Source: Oligoflexia bacterium (GTDB taxonomy: Bacteria; Bdellovibrionota; Bdellovibrionia; JABDDW01). Taken from it: DNA of 64,000 nt. Every line of letters begins with the position of its first letter. Position 1 is the stretch's first letter. Of the stretch, positions 46,735 through 59,360 are shown in pieces. The notes below the pieces were generated by a model that was given only the letters and a program-made list of their open reading frames with translations, ran no database searches and was not told the DNA's origin. The stretch covers positions 1 through 64,000 of the forward strand of contig JAYTHU010000102.1 in NCBI GenBank assembly GCA_043732305.1, read 5' to 3'. The translations under genes were made by a program, and so were the position numbers.

Positions 46735-47271
46735 TTAAAATTCCTTAGCGTCGATAACTATTCGGCCAGGCTGCCCGACGCTGGAAAGTTCAAACACTTC
46801 AATTTTCATTGAAGCCTTAGTGGTTTCCCGTAATGGAATTTCTAAAGTCATGCTCTTGGTCATGGGGTCTTCAAATATTTTCACATCAGAAAAGTATCGA
46901 GAAAGCGAAAAATTTTTCCTCAAAAGTTCTTCCGACATTTTAGATCCAACGACATTGTGCATGTCTATCAAAAGTCGGCGCGGCTTTTTCTGTAGGCTGA
47001 TATGATAAAATCCAGGACGTTCCGGACTATTTTTCTTTCCGCCGCTGCTGATTTCAATAACGGTTTTTTCAACTTTAGTGTCTTGATCGAAGCTTCTGCG
47101 AACAGAAACGAGCGACTGAACCCCATGTTCAAAGCCACCGATGAAAACACCTTGATCAATGTATCGATTGCTTTTTTCAAAACCGGATTGCTGGACGGGT
47201 ATAGAAGCAAAGGAAAGGCTGGTATTCAAAAGTAGCATAAGGATTGAACCAAAAAGAAAATGAGCAGACAT
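46735..47271 (-). CDS. Secreted AMIN-like domain protein
   Basis: Signal peptide ending SFA. PRRLLIDM and PGRIVIDA strands typical of AMIN domains. Confidence 0.6.
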   Translation of the reverse strand: MSAHFLFGSILMLLLNTSLSFASIPVQQSGFEKSNRYIDQGVFIGGFEHGVQSLVSVRRSFDQDTKVEKTVIEISSGGKKNSPERPGFYHISLQKKPRRLLIDMHNVVGSKMSEELLRKNFSLSRYFSDVKIFEDPMTKSMTLEIPLRETTKASMKIEVFELSSVGQPGRIVIDAKEF

Positions 47272-50200
47272 TTACTTCCCCGCTTTTTTAAAATGATCGA
47301 ACAAGAACCGCAGCGAATTCTCTAAGTCTCCGGACTGACTCTTCCGCATCAAAAAAGAATTGAAAATGCTAAGTTGTTTACCTTGCCCTAATGTTACACC
47401 CAACGTTTCCAAATTTTGACGAGAAGTTGGGTCGGAAAGCAAAAACGCGCCAGAAGCCCAGACTCCTTGTCCAGCTGAGGTGGTAGAAATATTCTGAAGC
47501 ACAGCTTTTAAAACGGTTTGAGGGTCCAGAGCCTTCACGCGAGGATCTTGGGAATAGGCCGTTAGGCTAGCGAAGAGGGCGTCCATCGACAGCGGATTTT
47601 TCTCGTAAACATCGCCCGCAAGAACCAAGGTGTCTCCAAAATCTGAGCGATTCAGCAATTGCCCAATGAGCTGATGGAACACGTTAAAAGTATTTGGATC
47701 AAGGGCAATCAGATTTGCACACACAGTGTAGAGAAGACTGGAGTCATTTTGCAAATCACTAAAAACCACATTCAAAAGTTTAGTCATAGTGTGAGTGTCG
47801 TTGCTCACGGTTGAAAGAGCTTTTAAGACAGTGGAAAATGTATCCACCACGCCGTCTTCTGCCAGCATCACATGAAAAAGATGAGTTTTAAATTTCGCAT
47901 AATTGTCTGGATGATTGGCACTCAAGTCCCAATACAATTCCAATCCCTGATCCAGAGGGCTAGCTGATCCCATCGAATTGTACTGAGAAAGTAGATTTCC
48001 AATCACCAGTCGCAAATTGATCACATCTTGCGGCCTAATTTTTAATGCAAAGCCTGCAAAAGTTTGCGAAATACTGTATGCTTGTCCTTGTGCGAGGGCT
48101 GCCTGATAACCCATGCTAAGGTTTTCAAAGAATCCTAATTTATTAAATAAATTAATAAGCCCCATGTGATTGACAGTAGGATCTTGGTTTTCTTTATCGG
48201 CATCGGGAGTAGATCGGTAGAGGGCTTGATACTGTCTTTGCAAAACCCGCATCTCTTTATTTGCGGCAATGAGATTAAGCGCTGGAAAATTCAATATCAT
48301 GTTTTCGAAGTGTTTGTTCTTTTCAGAGTTTCCTAGCAGAGGAATGTTAGAGACAGAATATCCCAATTGAAGTTTTTTGAATTGCTCATTCATTGTTTGC
48401 ACAAAATCTGTGGATTTTTCGACAGCTAACTGAAAGGTAGTCCCAATATTTCCAACAGTCGCATATCCAAAATCACCATTGAGTACCAAACTTTCAAGTG
48501 CGTCTAGTCCAGTTTGAATGTGAGCGTGCGTGGAGCCATCGCCACCGTTGCTTAAAGTTACGATCTGCCATTGACTGAGGTTTTTTACAAAGTCAACTGC
48601 AGAGCCATCACGTCCAATATCTTGAAGAGCGGATAAAAATTCTTCAAGATCCGTCGTTCTCAAGATATTAGTCATCATTAAAATGATCGTCGCCTTGAAC
48701 TGATCTTTATTGTACTTGGGGTAATTCCCCTCTTGATATAGCCAAAAATCATTATGTGTTTCAAAATTTTCTCGGGCATATTCAAAAATATTTTGTAAAT
48801 CTTTAACGGAGGCCTTGGGGAAAAAAACTGCGATCTGCGCTTTGACTGAATCGGGATTTGCAACTGTCAGCCTGAAAGTATTTTGACTTTGGAAAACCGG
48901 TTTGGGCGTATTGGAAATCAAATCAACAGTGGTCGAGAGATTTTGAGAAATATTCGATTGGCTTGAAAGCCATCCCAGAATTTTCAAAGCGTTGTCAGCT
49001 TTAGGATGTAAAAATATTGAAGTAGCCAAGGAATCAAGATTGTCGAACACATGATAGGTAGAAGTCCCCATCAAAGAATATAAATTTAATAGCGTGTGCA
49101 ATTGCCCTGATCTCAATAAACTCTCAAGCTGATCTAAAGTTCCGGGCAGAGCGGGAGAATCTTTAATCAATCGACTCATCAGTTGAACAGCCAGTGGCAA
49201 AACTTTTGCTGAACTGAGAACTTGCGTCACGTTATTGAGTTCTGGATCTGCGCCATTGGCATTCAAACATTGCACTGCCTGAGAAAATACATTTCCAGTT
49301 GGTTCAAACAAATCACCTTTGAGATTTAAGCACGGCCCATAATTTCCTTTAACGACTTGCCTATTTTGAGACGAAATATATAGACTTGAAAGTTCACGTC
49401 CTTCTTGCATCGATGACTCGAAATTTGTTTTGAACGGCTTATCGGTGCGTGCCTGAAGTAAATTTCCCTGCGGTTTCACTCCCTGCCTAAGTAAATCGAC
49501 AAGAAAGCTTGTTAGTTTTTCTAAGTCTCCTGACTTAGCCAAAACCCCTAAATACGATATCGCCCCATCAAAATTTGAATTTTGCAAAAGTCTAACAAGT
49601 GCGGGACTAGAACTACTCACATAGGAATTATCCGCCAACATATCGCGCACAAAATCTGAGAATGGAGATTGCTGCGAAAGTTGATTCACGTCACTTAAAA
49701 TTTTGACCGTTTCGCCCAAGCCACCTTGCGAGTCTCCCCAGACGTTTACTAAACTTTGGGCAATGCCGTGAATTTGATTTTTTTGAAAGTCGTCACCCGC
49801 AAGAACTCTTCCAGCCACATGTCTCAAAGCAAGTTCGGGACTACTTTTAAATTTTTGATCGGCTACCCTATTCCAAAGAGCAGCGGCCATTTGATCGTGA
49901 GCAGCATCAATTCCAGAATCTATGTTGACGCTCATTAAAAGTGCCGCAAGATTTTTTGAGGCTGAAGGAAGTTTGTCGGCCACTGCCAATAAGTTATCGT
50001 GAGTAGATTTGGAAATTTTATTCGTACTTCCCGAAAAATGCAAATTGATCCAGGCATCGAGCGCCGGACCAGAAATATTTTCTACTACTAGTCTAGATAG
50101 TATTTCACTGAACGTCTGCGCCTCAGCTTCAGTGAGATCGTCTCCGGCAAAGTCCCAAAATACGCGCAGTGCTGCACGATTGGCCATTTCCCCTAAGGTT

Positions 50201-51423
50201 GGAGCAAAGTCAATGACATGATTTGATTTAAGCGCATCCACCAAAGTGTCGTAGCGCGAACTTCCAGTCAATATCGTCCAAAATCTTCCATAGGCTTCAC
50301 TGTAACCATCTTGTGCTAGCTGTTCGATTGTGTCGAAATTAGCAATGAGTTCAGGAGGCACCTGGCAAAGGTCCGGCGTGGCCACCAAAAGTAGAGGCGC
50401 TGTTTGCAAAAGAAATTCATCATTTTGCGTACGAGTTTTCCCGATGGTCTCGCCTACCATAAAATTTAATAAATTATCTGCCTTGCGAGAATAGCTCACA
50501 TCTTTGCGATGAATCGCTTTCGAGTTAGTAGCGTTTTTAGGAAAACACTCGAGAGGTTGATCCGCTGCACGCACGGTAATTTGCGCGCGCCTAAATAGTT
50601 GAAAATTCCCATCCGGCCTCGACACAAAATATTTCAGAACATCGTTGAAGCCGGTACGATCAGCACTGACCGTATTTTTCATTGTCAGCAAAAGTTTTGG
50701 TTCACCCAGGTGAGTGAAGAGATTGTGGACACTGCCATCGGTCAGCATCGAATTTAATCCCAAAGATAAATTGTCGCTGACTTGTGAAGCATCAAGAGTA
50801 CCGACAGAATTTGCCAGCAAAAGAGCCATGGCCTGCGCTCGAGGCTGATTAAAAAGTGATAACGCGTCGAGTGCTCGAGTTTGAAGACCTGAATCAATCA
50901 AGTTCACAATGTATTGACTGAGTTGAGCTATGTCCGGATCCGGATTCGCCGAACTGTTTTGCGCAAGGGCGACGATGGAAGCTTTGGCAACATGAGTGAT
51001 AAGCCCGGTGCGTGCAAGCACTTCAAAGTTGCGATAAAGCGCTTTGAGATAGCCCTGGTTCTCCATGAGCTTGAGCAAATCCAAAAGTTGCACTTGCCGG
51101 GTGCTTCCCCAAGCGAGATGCAAATTTAGCGCTTGAAACAATTGGTTGAGATCCGCTTCATTGGCAGAGTCCAAAAAGTCTTTCACGGGCTGCATAGCTT
51201 TGCTCGACCCATTGAGACAATTCACCAAAGATTTCACGTTGGTGGCCGTAAAAGTTTGAAAACTTAAAGAGGCAGCTTTACAGCCTTTGATATTTAGAAG
51301 CGCAGGAGATGGGTTATCCACATTGGGCGCACTACTTTGCGGAGTGCAGGCCAGCGTGAATATCGCCGTAGCCGCAAGAAGGGTGATTAGTAATTTAGAC
51401 TTGATGATTTTTATGATCCCCAT
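47272..51423 (-). CDS. Giant (~1380 aa) predicted alpha-helical lipoprotein of unknown function
   Basis: Start set at MGIIKIIKSKLLITLLAATAIFTLAC (lipobox). Leu-rich helical composition. Its stop abuts the next start codon. Confidence 0.8.
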   Translation of the reverse strand: MGIIKIIKSKLLITLLAATAIFTLACTPQSSAPNVDNPSPALLNIKGCKAASLSFQTFTATNVKSLVNCLNGSSKAMQPVKDFLDSANEADLNQLFQALNLHLAWGSTRQVQLLDLLKLMENQGYLKALYRNFEVLARTGLITHVAKASIVALAQNSSANPDPDIAQLSQYIVNLIDSGLQTRALDALSLFNQPRAQAMALLLANSVGTLDASQVSDNLSLGLNSMLTDGSVHNLFTHLGEPKLLLTMKNTVSADRTGFNDVLKYFVSRPDGNFQLFRRAQITVRAADQPLECFPKNATNSKAIHRKDVSYSRKADNLLNFMVGETIGKTRTQNDEFLLQTAPLLLVATPDLCQVPPELIANFDTIEQLAQDGYSEAYGRFWTILTGSSRYDTLVDALKSNHVIDFAPTLGEMANRAALRVFWDFAGDDLTEAEAQTFSEILSRLVVENISGPALDAWINLHFSGSTNKISKSTHDNLLAVADKLPSASKNLAALLMSVNIDSGIDAAHDQMAAALWNRVADQKFKSSPELALRHVAGRVLAGDDFQKNQIHGIAQSLVNVWGDSQGGLGETVKILSDVNQLSQQSPFSDFVRDMLADNSYVSSSSPALVRLLQNSNFDGAISYLGVLAKSGDLEKLTSFLVDLLRQGVKPQGNLLQARTDKPFKTNFESSMQEGRELSSLYISSQNRQVVKGNYGPCLNLKGDLFEPTGNVFSQAVQCLNANGADPELNNVTQVLSSAKVLPLAVQLMSRLIKDSPALPGTLDQLESLLRSGQLHTLLNLYSLMGTSTYHVFDNLDSLATSIFLHPKADNALKILGWLSSQSNISQNLSTTVDLISNTPKPVFQSQNTFRLTVANPDSVKAQIAVFFPKASVKDLQNIFEYARENFETHNDFWLYQEGNYPKYNKDQFKATIILMMTNILRTTDLEEFLSALQDIGRDGSAVDFVKNLSQWQIVTLSNGGDGSTHAHIQTGLDALESLVLNGDFGYATVGNIGTTFQLAVEKSTDFVQTMNEQFKKLQLGYSVSNIPLLGNSEKNKHFENMILNFPALNLIAANKEMRVLQRQYQALYRSTPDADKENQDPTVNHMGLINLFNKLGFFENLSMGYQAALAQGQAYSISQTFAGFALKIRPQDVINLRLVIGNLLSQYNSMGSASPLDQGLELYWDLSANHPDNYAKFKTHLFHVMLAEDGVVDTFSTVLKALSTVSNDTHTMTKLLNVVFSDLQNDSSLLYTVCANLIALDPNTFNVFHQLIGQLLNRSDFGDTLVLAGDVYEKNPLSMDALFASLTAYSQDPRVKALDPQTVLKAVLQNISTTSAGQGVWASGAFLLSDPTSRQNLETLGVTLGQGKQLSIFNSFLMRKSQSGDLENSLRFLFDHFKKAGK

Positions 51424-51536
51424 AACAAGCATGGGTATAGGTGGAAAAGGAGCAAATTCAAAGTAAAAACCCATCCTAGTGTAATTTTTGGCTGATCTTC
51501 TTGCATTTTGTCCCGCCAAAAGGGAAAACTAAAAGC

Positions 51537-52400
51537 ATGGCATCAAAAGTAAAAAACATCTGCATTGTCTATAGACCTCAATCAGAAAAAGCTCGCACCG
51601 TGGCGACCGGCGTGGCCGAGTGGCTTAATCAGAGAAAAATAAATATTTATCTCGACCCCACTTGCAAACCGATCCCTCACGCAAAAAAAGCACTGACTAC
51701 AAAAGTGAAGAATCTAGATTTAGTTTTAGCTCTCGGCGGTGACGGAACTTTTTTAGCAGCAGTGCGTTGGCTCAATTGCAGAGTGGTCCCCATATTGGGT
51801 GTAAATATGGGAAGTTTAGGTTTTTTAACCGAAACAAAAGAGAGTGAAATTTTTGATGTTCTGGAACTTGCACTTGCCGGAAAAATGCCAAGATCTAAAC
51901 GAGCCACTTTGTGCACAACGGTGACAAAGAAAAACGCTGCCGCCAAACATTATATTTCACTAAATGACATCGTCTTAGAGCGTGGCTCCCGGTCAAAATT
52001 AATCGACATGGCCATTTACTCAAATAATTTTTTTGTGAGCACGGTGAAAGCAGACGGATTGATTGTCGCTACACCAACGGGCTCCACGGCATATTGTCTC
52101 GCCGCTGGAGGTCCCATTGTGCATCCATCGGTTGCGGCAATCACTATCACTCCAGTTTGCCCGCACACCCTCACTAATCGTCCAATTATTTTACCAGACA
52201 ACCAAAAAGTGAAACTCAAACTGAATGAAGTTTCAGGGCGTGCCGCACTTTTGGTCGACGGGCAAAAAGTAGAAGATTTAACTTATGAAGATGATGTGGT
52301 CGTCACGCGTGGAAAATCTGACGTGTTGATGCTCACACTCCCAACGCGCAACTATTACGACATCCTCCGATCAAAACTGCGCTTTGGCGAAAGAGAGTAA
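51537..52400 (+). CDS. nadK: NAD kinase
   Basis: LGGDGTFL, GVNMGSLGFL, LND, ADGLIVATPTGSTAY, PHTLTNRP. Confidence 0.96.
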   Translation: MASKVKNICIVYRPQSEKARTVATGVAEWLNQRKINIYLDPTCKPIPHAKKALTTKVKNLDLVLALGGDGTFLAAVRWLNCRVVPILGVNMGSLGFLTETKESEIFDVLELALAGKMPRSKRATLCTTVTKKNAAAKHYISLNDIVLERGSRSKLIDMAIYSNNFFVSTVKADGLIVATPTGSTAYCLAAGGPIVHPSVAAITITPVCPHTLTNRPIILPDNQKVKLKLNEVSGRAALLVDGQKVEDLTYEDDVVVTRGKSDVLMLTLPTRNYYDILRSKLRFGERE

Positions 52401-52421
52401 ATATTTTTAGGAGGGCATTTT

Positions 52422-54152
52422 ATGCTTCTTGAACTCAAGGTCAGTCACTTTGCCATTATCGATAAACTCTCCGTACATTTTTTACGGCCTGGTTTAAATA
52501 TTCTCACAGGAGAAACCGGCGCGGGGAAAAGCGTTCTGCTGAGATCGTTGTCTTTGCTCATGGGTGGAAAAGCCGCCACGGATGTGATTCGCACCGGGAG
52601 CGAGCAAGCAGAGATTGAAGGAGCGTTTGACGTCTCAGCCCGACCCGATGTTAAAAAAGTTTTGAATGAATTCGATCTTAAGCCTGACGAAGAAATTCTC
52701 ATTGTCCGTCGAATCATCAATAAGAATGGCAAGCATCGGGTTTACATCAATGGACACCTTTCTACTTTAGGAATTCTTGAACAACTTGTGCCTTTGTTGG
52801 TTGAGATCACCGGTCAACACGAACATCACTCACTTATAAAACCATTGGCACAACTTGATCTTCTAGATAATTTTGGCGGAACACTTTTGCTGCGTGAGAA
52901 ATACTTTGATAAACGAGAGGCTAAGAAAACTCTCGAGCGCCAATTAGCGGAGCTTAAAATTTCGGTTCAAGGGCGCGAGCAAAGAATGGATTTTCTGAAG
53001 TTCCAAATTTCCGAAATCGCTGCCTTTGATCCTCAAGAAGGAGACGAAGAAAGATTGGCGACGGCTTATCAACGCGCCAAACATTCAGCCAAGCTTTTAC
53101 AATTCGCACAAAACGCAGAGAACTTTATTTTCGGCGATGAAGATGGAATGCAAGCTCGCCTATCGTTGATTCTAAAAGAGGGTGAAAACCTCCTCGCTAT
53201 CGACTCTTCACTTTTGCCGATGCTCGAAAATCTCAAAAGTATATTTTCGATCTCCGAGGATATTTCCTATTCCCTCAGCGACTATCGCAAAAAGAATTCC
53301 AGCGGAAATTCAGGGGGAGGAAATAACGGAGAAACAGGCGAATCATCAGATTCGCTAGATTCAATCGCTGAGAGACTGAGCGATTTCAAAAAACTCCAAA
53401 GAAAATACGGAATCAATATTTCAAGCATTATCGAATTCCGCGATAAAGCACAAAGTGAATTTGATCTTTTGGAATCAAGCGAAGAAAACATTGCCCTTCT
53501 CGATGGAGAAATTCAGCAATTAAACTCAGAGCTTTGGACAATGGCTGAAAACTTAAGCAAACTAAGAAAAAAGGCTTCCACCAAAATGGTGTTGGGCGTG
53601 AACAAGGAACTTAAAGAGCTCAATATGAAGGGCGCCGAACTTTCGGTAGACATTGCAAAAGCAGAGCAGTTGCAAGCCACCGGATGTGATGACGTTACCT
53701 TCATGATTAAAGCTGCTCCTCTTGAGCCTGCGCGCGCGTTGAGCCGAGTGGCATCCGGCGGGGAGCTTTCCCGCATCATGCTTGCCCTAAAACAAGTTGT
53801 TGCTATGAGTGATTTGCCTATGACTTATTTGTTTGACGAAGTAGACACCGGCGTGAGTGGACCCACCGCTGAAAAAGTGGGACGGAAACTAAAATCTATT
53901 GCCGGCGCTCATCAAGTCATCAGCATCACTCACCTTCCACAAGTGGCGAGCTTTGCCGACGCCCATTTCCTGATCAGTAAAGAAGTGCAAAAAGGATTTG
54001 TCAAAAGCGATGTTCAAGAACTCTCCACAAAAGAACGAATTCAAGAGCTGGGACGCCTCATCAGCGGAGCGAAAATAACCGCTACAAGTTTAGCCCATGC
54101 TAAACAAATGTTAGAATCCTGTAGACTCGATAAAAAAATAATATCAAGATAA
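52422..54152 (+). CDS. recN: DNA repair protein RecN
   Basis: LTGETGAGKS, GQHEH, ASGGELSRIMLA, FDEVDTGVSG, ITHLPQVA. Follows nadK. Confidence 0.97.
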   Translation: MLLELKVSHFAIIDKLSVHFLRPGLNILTGETGAGKSVLLRSLSLLMGGKAATDVIRTGSEQAEIEGAFDVSARPDVKKVLNEFDLKPDEEILIVRRIINKNGKHRVYINGHLSTLGILEQLVPLLVEITGQHEHHSLIKPLAQLDLLDNFGGTLLLREKYFDKREAKKTLERQLAELKISVQGREQRMDFLKFQISEIAAFDPQEGDEERLATAYQRAKHSAKLLQFAQNAENFIFGDEDGMQARLSLILKEGENLLAIDSSLLPMLENLKSIFSISEDISYSLSDYRKKNSSGNSGGGNNGETGESSDSLDSIAERLSDFKKLQRKYGINISSIIEFRDKAQSEFDLLESSEENIALLDGEIQQLNSELWTMAENLSKLRKKASTKMVLGVNKELKELNMKGAELSVDIAKAEQLQATGCDDVTFMIKAAPLEPARALSRVASGGELSRIMLALKQVVAMSDLPMTYLFDEVDTGVSGPTAEKVGRKLKSIAGAHQVISITHLPQVASFADAHFLISKEVQKGFVKSDVQELSTKERIQELGRLISGAKITATSLAHAKQMLESCRLDKKIISR

Positions 54153-54184
54153 AGTAAATTTTTATTAATCATTAGGGGGTTACA

Positions 54185-54691
54185 ATGAAAATGCTTTTGA
54201 TTGGTCTGCTTGCGATGTCGTGTTTGATGCTCGGAAATTCTGCTTTTGCTAATAACAGCTCTGAAAATCCACAACTTATAGCCGCCTGTAAAAATCCAGC
54301 CATGCAAACCGGTTTTGGAATTTATGATGTCGTCACTTTAATCATTGAAAATCCGGATAAAACTTTCGTCAACGGTATTTTACTTATGACCGGTGAAGAA
54401 AATAAGAAGGATTTCTATCAGGCTTCTCAATCTGTACAAGGCAATGACGTCGTGACATTTTCACCTCAAGGGCCACTGGTTCAGTTTGATGGGACAAATT
54501 CTACCGAAATTGCGACGGCGCAACTTTCGATAAGCTTAGGAATCAATCAGGACCGGAAACTTCAAGCTCAAGTCAAACTTAATTTACCCGGTCAAGCCAA
54601 GGCACTCGATTTCATCACAACCCAATGTGAGATGATTCCTGCAAAATCACCTACCCAATCTCCAGAGCCAAGTTTAGATCCCGGCGCCTGA
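54185..54691 (+). CDS. Secreted hypothetical protein
   Basis: RBS AGGGG, signal peptide ending AFA, two Cys, Pro-rich tail. Confidence 0.75.
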   Translation: MKMLLIGLLAMSCLMLGNSAFANNSSENPQLIAACKNPAMQTGFGIYDVVTLIIENPDKTFVNGILLMTGEENKKDFYQASQSVQGNDVVTFSPQGPLVQFDGTNSTEIATAQLSISLGINQDRKLQAQVKLNLPGQAKALDFITTQCEMIPAKSPTQSPEPSLDPGA

Positions 54692-54753
54692 AAAAATTTG
54701 GTAGATCGTCAGCAGGACCACCAGGTCCATTAAGCCGCCCTCGCGTGCATATT

Positions 54754-54795
54754 TCTCGCTAAATATAGAATGTTACATATTCATATTTAGCGAGA
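54754..54795. repeat. 13-bp inverted repeat (operator or hairpin)
   Basis: TCTCGCTAAATAT at 54754-54766 and ATATTTAGCGAGA at 54783-54795. Confidence 0.6.
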
Positions 54796-54799
54796 TCTT

Positions 54800-55571
54800 T
54801 TGCCAAATCGATCATTCATTCTCATTTCCGTATTTTTAGTAGCGTCGAGTTTTGCAGCGAGCAATGGAGGGGCGGAAGAAAAGCCCCAACGATAGTATTG
54901 CGGCTCCAATTCAAACTTCTCTTAAAGTGAAACGAAACGATAAACTTTGGAATCACTCTCGACCTCTTAAAGACTACGGAATTGCAGATGGGCTCTATTT
55001 AGAATTTGCAGATTTTCACAAAATCAGATTAAAAAATATTTCTTGATGAAATCACCGATGATATAATCACCTACTCCAGCGCTATTCGAAATCATCAAGC
55101 TTTGGATGAATCTCCCTGCGTTGAGAGCGGCTTTGTGATCACGGCCCCGTTATTTTTTTGAAAAATAAAAGAAAACATTCATCTTGGGAAAATCGAATGT
55201 CAGAATCGACTTCAAGAAATCGGCCATCAGAATTTTATCTTACTTGAAGACAATTAATGAAAACCCTCCTCTTAGCGCTTATTCTCATTTCAATTTTCGC
55301 AACTCAAGCTATGGCGTCTCATCAGCTTGATGGAATTCTTTGGAACTCAGTCAATCCCTTTTCTAATTGAAGTGGGAGAGATAAAACACGAAAAAGATAT
55401 CCGGAGATTTACTATCTGTACTTCCCTTAAAATAAACGAGCAAAAAGGCTCAGTACAAAGACCAACTATTTCCGAATAGAATTCACTTTCCCAAACAACT
55501 ATGCCTTTTCTTTGACTCTCTCACCGGTAACATTATCGCGCATTGCTTTTAGCAAGTCGCTCTTTCTCTGA
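54800..55571 (+). pseudogene. Probable decayed remnants of one or two secreted-protein genes
   Basis: Two signal-peptide-like starts, (M)PNRSFILISVFLVASSFA and MKTLLLALILISIFATQAMA (ATG 55257). Each stops early and protein-like sequence continues in other frames. Confidence 0.45.
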
Positions 55572-56355
55572 TGTACGAGTGCAACTTCAAAAAATAAATT
55601 AGAGCTTTTGGACTTCGGCGCTTTTCGCGCTAGCATTGATTTCTAGGTAACAAGGACTCTCATACCAAGATCCGAGATTGATCAAACGCCCGGATGAGCT
55701 GATTTTGCCAGATTTTTCAGTTTCAAATTTAAAATCATCCATCACGTGAGTGTGTCCAACCAGACAAAGATCAAAATCATGTGTCAGGCGAAGTTTTTGG
55801 GCATAGTCTCGAACGGTTTGTTTAGAATTGTTTACGATTTGCGCTGTGTAAGCTCTGCTTGCTTTTGATGCGCGATTCCCAATAAAAGCAGAAATCTTAG
55901 AAGGCAGACTATAAATTAAAAGTTCAATGGGCCTTGAGCGCAAGACCCAACGCAGAAACAAATAGTCTCGGTCTTCCCGATTGATTTCGTCGCCATGTTC
56001 GGCCCAAATTTTCATTCCGCCAAATTCAATCATTTGCGGGGAAGTGTAGACTTCGACTCCCAATTCTTTTTCCCAGAATTTCTTTAAGTGCAAATCGTGG
56101 TTGCCCTCAAAAAAGATGACTCGACAGGTTTTAGTGAGAATTTTGATCTCTTCAATCAAAGGGGCATATTCTCTTTTAAAATAATCCCCTTGGCCGAGCC
56201 AAAGATCAAAGAGGTCACCTAAAATGATAAACATCTGAACATCTGATTGTGCTTTTTGGATCAAATGTAAAATGGCCGCTCCGTTTGGAGTGGCCATTTT
56301 TTTGAGATGCACATCGGATATAACAAAGGCTTTTTCAGGAGCGTTAAGCTGCCCC

Positions 56356-57990
<1,635 letters not shown>

Positions 57991-58011
57991 CTTATGCCTC
58001 CCCCTCGGTGT

Positions 58012-59265
58012 TTAAAATAACGATGACAAATCTTCCCTAATTTTTCCAAAAAAAGTCTTCTCTACCTTAACGCCACTCTCGGCGCCGTACTTCACCAGTC
58101 CCATAGCCGTTGCAAAAACGGGACTGTTCACTACTTCTTTCAGGCCAGAGGTGTTCAGTGCGAATCCCCTTCGCACTGGCATCTCAAAGATAAATTCGCC
58201 GAGCTCGGCAAGTCCCTCGAGGCAACTTCCCCCACCGGTGAGAACAACCCCTGCTCCCAATAACTCACGGTGTCCGCTCTTGATGATTTCATTTTGTATT
58301 AAATAAAGTGTTTCTTCTGCACGAGGCTCAATCACTTCTGCGAGAGTCACACGCGAGACAGTCCTGGCTGCTCTTCCGCCAACGCTTGGAACGTCAATGA
58401 GTTCACTTCCCGAAACTAAACTGGTCATGGCACTGCCATATTTTTTCTTAATTTCCTCAGCCTGCATTGCGGGAGTTCGCAATCCTATAGAAATGTCTTG
58501 TGTGAGATGTGATCCGCCGACGGGAACAACCGCCGTGTGTCTGACCGCACCGTTGATGTACATGATAATGTCACACTGACTTGCGCCCAAATCTACAACC
58601 GCTACGCCAAGATCTTTTTCATCTTGAGAGAGAACCGCTTCTGCGGCAGCCCAAGGATCAAGAGCACGGCCTGAAATTTTTAATCCAGCACGTTCAACGC
58701 ATTTTTTTAGATTGAGTAAATTCATGGCTTGGCCGGTGACCAAGTGAACACCAACTTCAAGACGCACGCCGGACATTCCCATGGGGTCTCTGATGCCGGC
58801 TTGGGAATCGACAATGAAATTTTGCGGAAGCACATGTAGAAGTTCGCGATCATCTTTGATTGCGACAGCTTTAGCCGCTTCAAGAACTCTAGCGATATCT
58901 CCACTATTAATTTCGCGATTTTTAATGGCTACCATTCCGGTGCTATTGAAAGATTCGATATGTGTGCCAGAAATTCCGGCGATGACTTCAGTGATTTTAA
59001 TTCCAGCCATAAGCTCAGCTTCTTCGCGTGCTTTTTGAATGGCCTCAACAGTGGAATCAATATTTACAACTGAGCCTTTTTTGACTCCATTTGAAGCGAC
59101 AGAAGAAAGACCAATAATTTCGAATGAATTTCCGCGAGCGTTCTCGTGGTATCGGGCGATGACCAAACAGACTTTACTGGAGCCTATGTCCAGACCTGCA
59201 ATGATAGATGGTAATCTTGTTTTAGCAGACGATATCGTATTGCTCTGCAATTTTTGTTGGCTCAT
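58012..59265 (-). CDS. ftsA: Cell division protein FtsA
   Basis: GLDIGSSK, PMGMSGVRLE, DLG, AEEIKKKYG, VLTGGG, C-terminal amphipathic helix. Confidence 0.97.
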   Translation of the reverse strand: MSQQKLQSNTISSAKTRLPSIIAGLDIGSSKVCLVIARYHENARGNSFEIIGLSSVASNGVKKGSVVNIDSTVEAIQKAREEAELMAGIKITEVIAGISGTHIESFNSTGMVAIKNREINSGDIARVLEAAKAVAIKDDRELLHVLPQNFIVDSQAGIRDPMGMSGVRLEVGVHLVTGQAMNLLNLKKCVERAGLKISGRALDPWAAAEAVLSQDEKDLGVAVVDLGASQCDIIMYINGAVRHTAVVPVGGSHLTQDISIGLRTPAMQAEEIKKKYGSAMTSLVSGSELIDVPSVGGRAARTVSRVTLAEVIEPRAEETLYLIQNEIIKSGHRELLGAGVVLTGGGSCLEGLAELGEFIFEMPVRRGFALNTSGLKEVVNSPVFATAMGLVKYGAESGVKVEKTFFGKIREDLSSLF

Positions 59266-59360
59266 CAGCGCTGACTCCGTCCAGGGCTGCGACTTTTTTT
59301 TGCAAAAAAGTCAGTTGTATCTCTAGAATAGCGTGCCTTGGGCGCGCCACTAGCAACAGG

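Noticed and set aside
51424..51536. Upstream extensions of the giant lipoprotein (to 51519) and nadK (from 51501)
   Set aside because: They would overlap head-to-head. Downstream ATGs give a proper lipoprotein signal and a normal NadK N-terminus.
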